Assembly (NCBI GenBank): GCA_002010975.1
Contig: MTLU01000043.1
Coordinates: 1-55,273, forward strand
Reading direction: 5' to 3'
Source of the DNA: Candidatus Bathyarchaeota archaeon JdFR-07
GTDB taxonomy: Archaea; Thermoproteota; Bathyarchaeia; Bathyarchaeales; Bathycorpusculaceae
Length of the DNA: 55,273 bases
Part shown: positions 52,995-55,273 of the stretch, in pieces
Numbering within the stretch: the first letter of the stretch is position 1
Layout of the letters: each line of letters starts with the position of its first letter
Translations under genes and position numbers: made by a program
The notes under the pieces: model-generated
What the model was told of the DNA's origin: nothing
What the model saw: the letters and a program-made list of their open reading frames with translations, nothing else
Database searches by the model: none

Positions 52995-54821
52995 ATGGAA
53001 AAGGTAGTGGCGACTAAAAAATCTCTAAACGAGCATCTTGAGGATGTTGTTAAACATTATGCCTCTCTGTTTAAACTTCCCTCATTCCGAAGAATTGTTC
53101 TGTTTCTTGCTTCCGCCTGTGTAGGTGGCGGTCTATTTTCTGCACTCTTTTTTTCTCCTATCTTTGATAGCTTACTTTTTGGCATCATGCTATTTTTTAT
53201 AACTTTGTTTTTGGACTATGCTGTCAGTGCTCTTTTTCTAAGAAATGATTTGATCTATGACATGCGAAGAACATCAGCTCTCTCTCTTGCCTGTTGGTTT
53301 ATATGGCTATTATTTATTTTCATAGGAGTTATGGCTGCCATTTTTTCCCATTCCAGCTGGTGGATAAGACTCTCTCTACTCGGTTTTGGGGCTGTACTAA
53401 TCTTCCGTTCAGTGATTATAATGTCGACGGCAAGCACAGAATCTAAGACTAGATTAGTATCAGCTTCTATTGTTCAACCATTGTTCTGTATTATCCCTTT
53501 TATTGTCCTTTGGAGGAAAATTGGTTATACCTTTAATCTCTACTTTTTCCTGTTCTTCCCTTTCTCCGTAATTATAAGTCTTATTTCAAGTGTTCTCTTT
53601 TTATTCCTTTTAAACCGTTTAGGCGAAAACGCACTAGGCATTTCTTCAATGCCGCTTTTCAAAGCTTTCTTACTTAACTGGGCAATTGGTCTAAACGCTC
53701 CGTTTGAAGAATTCTTAGAAAAGCTAGGGGAAAAAAGGGATGTAGAAGTGTCACTACTGAGGTTCAATTCTTCTAAAACAAAAGCTGTTATAGTAGTTCC
53801 ATCCATTCACCCTGGCCCCTTCAAAAATATCGGAAGTAGTCTTTTACCTTCTATGCTTAAGACTCGTTTAGAGAAAGATTTGAATTGTGTTGCATGCATT
53901 CCACATGGTTTGCTTGGGCATGAGTTTGACCTAGCTTCTCAAGGCCACAACGAAAAAGTAATTGGTAGCGTTTTAAAGTCAGCACGACTTGTTGTCTGCA
54001 ATGAAACAAAGGCCACGCCTTTTATTGAAGTTAGTAATGGGCTTGCTACTGCTTGCTGCCAAATATTTGGGAAAACAGCATTAATTTCGTTTACTCTCGC
54101 ACCAAAAACAACTGAAGACTTTCCACAAGAATTAGGATTATTCGTTCGTCAAGAAGCGCAGAAGCAAGGGTTAGAGTGCTGTATAATTGTCAATGCTCAC
54201 AATAGTATTGATGGCCCAGTAAACATAGACGAAACTCTTGGCGCTCTAAAACAGGTTGCCGTTCAATGTTTATCTAAAGCTGCTTCTCAAAAGCAATTGC
54301 CATTTAAAGTAGGGGCTGCAACAGTTTTTCCAAAGGAGTTTAGTCTTAAAGACGGTATAGGTGCTGGAGGCATCACCGCAGTTGTTAGCAAGGTAAACGG
54401 ACAAAAAACTGCTTACGTCGTTATTGATGGCAACAACATCGTTTCTGGACTACGAGAGAAAATTTTGTCTGATATACGCTTTGAAGGCATCGACGCTGGC
54501 GAAGTCTTTACAACAGACACGCACTCAGTAAACGCCATAGTATTAGACGAACGGGGTTACCATCCTGTAGGCGAAGTTATAAATCATGAAAAACTATTGA
54601 AATACGTTAAAGAAGCCGTGGCCGCAGCTATTTCTAATTTAGAACCTGCCAAGAGCGCCTCCCATCAAATAACTGTTTCAAATGTAACTGTTATTGGAGA
54701 AAAACTTCTGGAAAAACTGTGTTTTCTAATCGATAGAACTATTATTAAGGCTAAAAAAATAGTTATCCCTTTATTCGGAGTTACGGGTTTAATTTTAATG
54801 TCGTTTTTGCTTATTGTCTAA
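52995..54821 (+). CDS. DUF2070-like archaeal membrane protein
   Basis: ~6 N-terminal TM helices, a large soluble domain (VVPSIHPGPFKNIGSS, IPHGLLGHEFDL, TTDTHSVNA) and one C-terminal TM helix. ATG 52995 preferred over TTG 52926. Confidence 0.7.
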   Translation: MEKVVATKKSLNEHLEDVVKHYASLFKLPSFRRIVLFLASACVGGGLFSALFFSPIFDSLLFGIMLFFITLFLDYAVSALFLRNDLIYDMRRTSALSLACWFIWLLFIFIGVMAAIFSHSSWWIRLSLLGFGAVLIFRSVIIMSTASTESKTRLVSASIVQPLFCIIPFIVLWRKIGYTFNLYFFLFFPFSVIISLISSVLFLFLLNRLGENALGISSMPLFKAFLLNWAIGLNAPFEEFLEKLGEKRDVEVSLLRFNSSKTKAVIVVPSIHPGPFKNIGSSLLPSMLKTRLEKDLNCVACIPHGLLGHEFDLASQGHNEKVIGSVLKSARLVVCNETKATPFIEVSNGLATACCQIFGKTALISFTLAPKTTEDFPQELGLFVRQEAQKQGLECCIIVNAHNSIDGPVNIDETLGALKQVAVQCLSKAASQKQLPFKVGAATVFPKEFSLKDGIGAGGITAVVSKVNGQKTAYVVIDGNNIVSGLREKILSDIRFEGIDAGEVFTTDTHSVNAIVLDERGYHPVGEVINHEKLLKYVKEAVAAAISNLEPAKSASHQITVSNVTVIGEKLLEKLCFLIDRTIIKAKKIVIPLFGVTGLILMSFLLIV

Positions 54822-54862
54822 GCTAACACTAATAAAGCTGGAAAGCTCAATTTCAATTCTCA

Positions 54863-55273
54863 ATGGAAGGGAGAATAGTGCTTAAGGAAATTAGAATTCA
54901 TGGACGTGGTGGTCAAGGAAGCGTGACAGCAGCTGAACTTTTGGCACATGCCGCCTTTCTTGAAGGCAGATGGGTTCAAGCTTTTCCATATTTCGGAGCA
55001 GAGAGGCGGGGAGCTCCTGTAAAGGCTTTTGCTAGAATAAGCGATAAGCCCTTGTTAATTCACAGCCAAGTTTACAATCCAGACTACATAATTGTTCTTG
55101 ACCCTGTCATCTACAAAATGGTAGATATAACTGAAGGATTGAAAAAGGATGGCATGATAATTGTGAACACTACGAAAAAGCCTGAAGAAGTGGAAGTTAA
55201 AGGGTGGCCTATTGCAACTGTAGATGCTACTGGTATTGCTCTTGAACTGAACTTGTTAGTTGCAGGTTTGCCA
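54863..55273 (+). CDS. 2-oxoacid (pyruvate):ferredoxin oxidoreductase gamma subunit, 5' part; runs off the window
   Basis: [44 protein letters not shown]. Not in the ORF track because no stop falls inside the window. GTG 54878 is an alternative start. Confidence 0.8.
   Translation, partial: MEGRIVLKEIRIHGRGGQGSVTAAELLAHAAFLEGRWVQAFPYFGAERRGAPVKAFARISDKPLLIHSQVYNPDYIIVLDPVIYKMVDITEGLKKDGMIIVNTTKKPEEVEVKGWPIATVDATGIALELNLLVAGLP

Noticed and set aside
1-55273. Search for CRISPR arrays, cas genes, transposases or IS termini, integrases, reverse transcriptases, restriction-modification or other recognisable defence genes, and rRNA or additional tRNA genes.
   Set aside because: Visual inspection of the ORF translations and intergenic regions found none. 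The only regularly spaced repeats are the intragenic VGG repeat, the ORB-like boxes and the TGTGAT arrays.

Overview
AT-rich, densely coding archaeal chromosome segment with about 70 supportable CDS, one intron-containing tRNA, and no rRNA, CRISPR array, transposase or integrase. Conserved blocks: (i) the operon S6e, eIF2-gamma, PIN, Rpo7/RpoE', Spt4, DUF359 dephospho-CoA kinase, S24e, S27ae (2.0-6.1 kb, +); (ii) a short ribosomal operon L3-L4-L23-L2-S19 (6.6-9.9 kb, -); (iii) a replication island with DUF429 and PolD small subunit, DUF99 and Orc1/Cdc6, a ~700 bp AT-rich intergenic region with ORB-like repeats (probable oriC, 39.3-40.0 kb), and the PolD large subunit 6 kb further on. Housekeeping genes include fae-hps, ahcY, an aminotransferase, nadE plus a nitrilase-type partner, GGGP synthase, glyA, Sec61-beta, DUF2070 and a 2-oxoacid:ferredoxin oxidoreductase gamma fragment. 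Elf1, PolD and Fae-Hps together suggest a TACK/Thermoproteota lineage such as Bathyarchaeia; this is inference only. Most noteworthy accessory content: (a) seven genes at 18.2-26.5 kb that appear to be soluble enzymes: six glycosyltransferases, two of them GpgS/MGS-like, plus a HAD phosphatase. This may be an undescribed glycosyl-glycerate-type solute pathway. (b) Three HTH proteins next to the origin, one membrane-anchored through a coiled coil, flanked by dense TGTGAT/ATCACA arrays. (c) A 413-aa bactofilin-like protein with 12 (D/E)(V/I)GG repeats. (d) A decaying accessory stretch (26.5-31.7 kb) with a VOC pseudogene, a frameshifted GNAT and a G+C-rich HicB-DinB fusion, ending at tRNA-Ser. 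(e) An in-frame HTH module on the N-terminus of Fae-Hps. All family assignments come from motif recognition by eye, not from searches.
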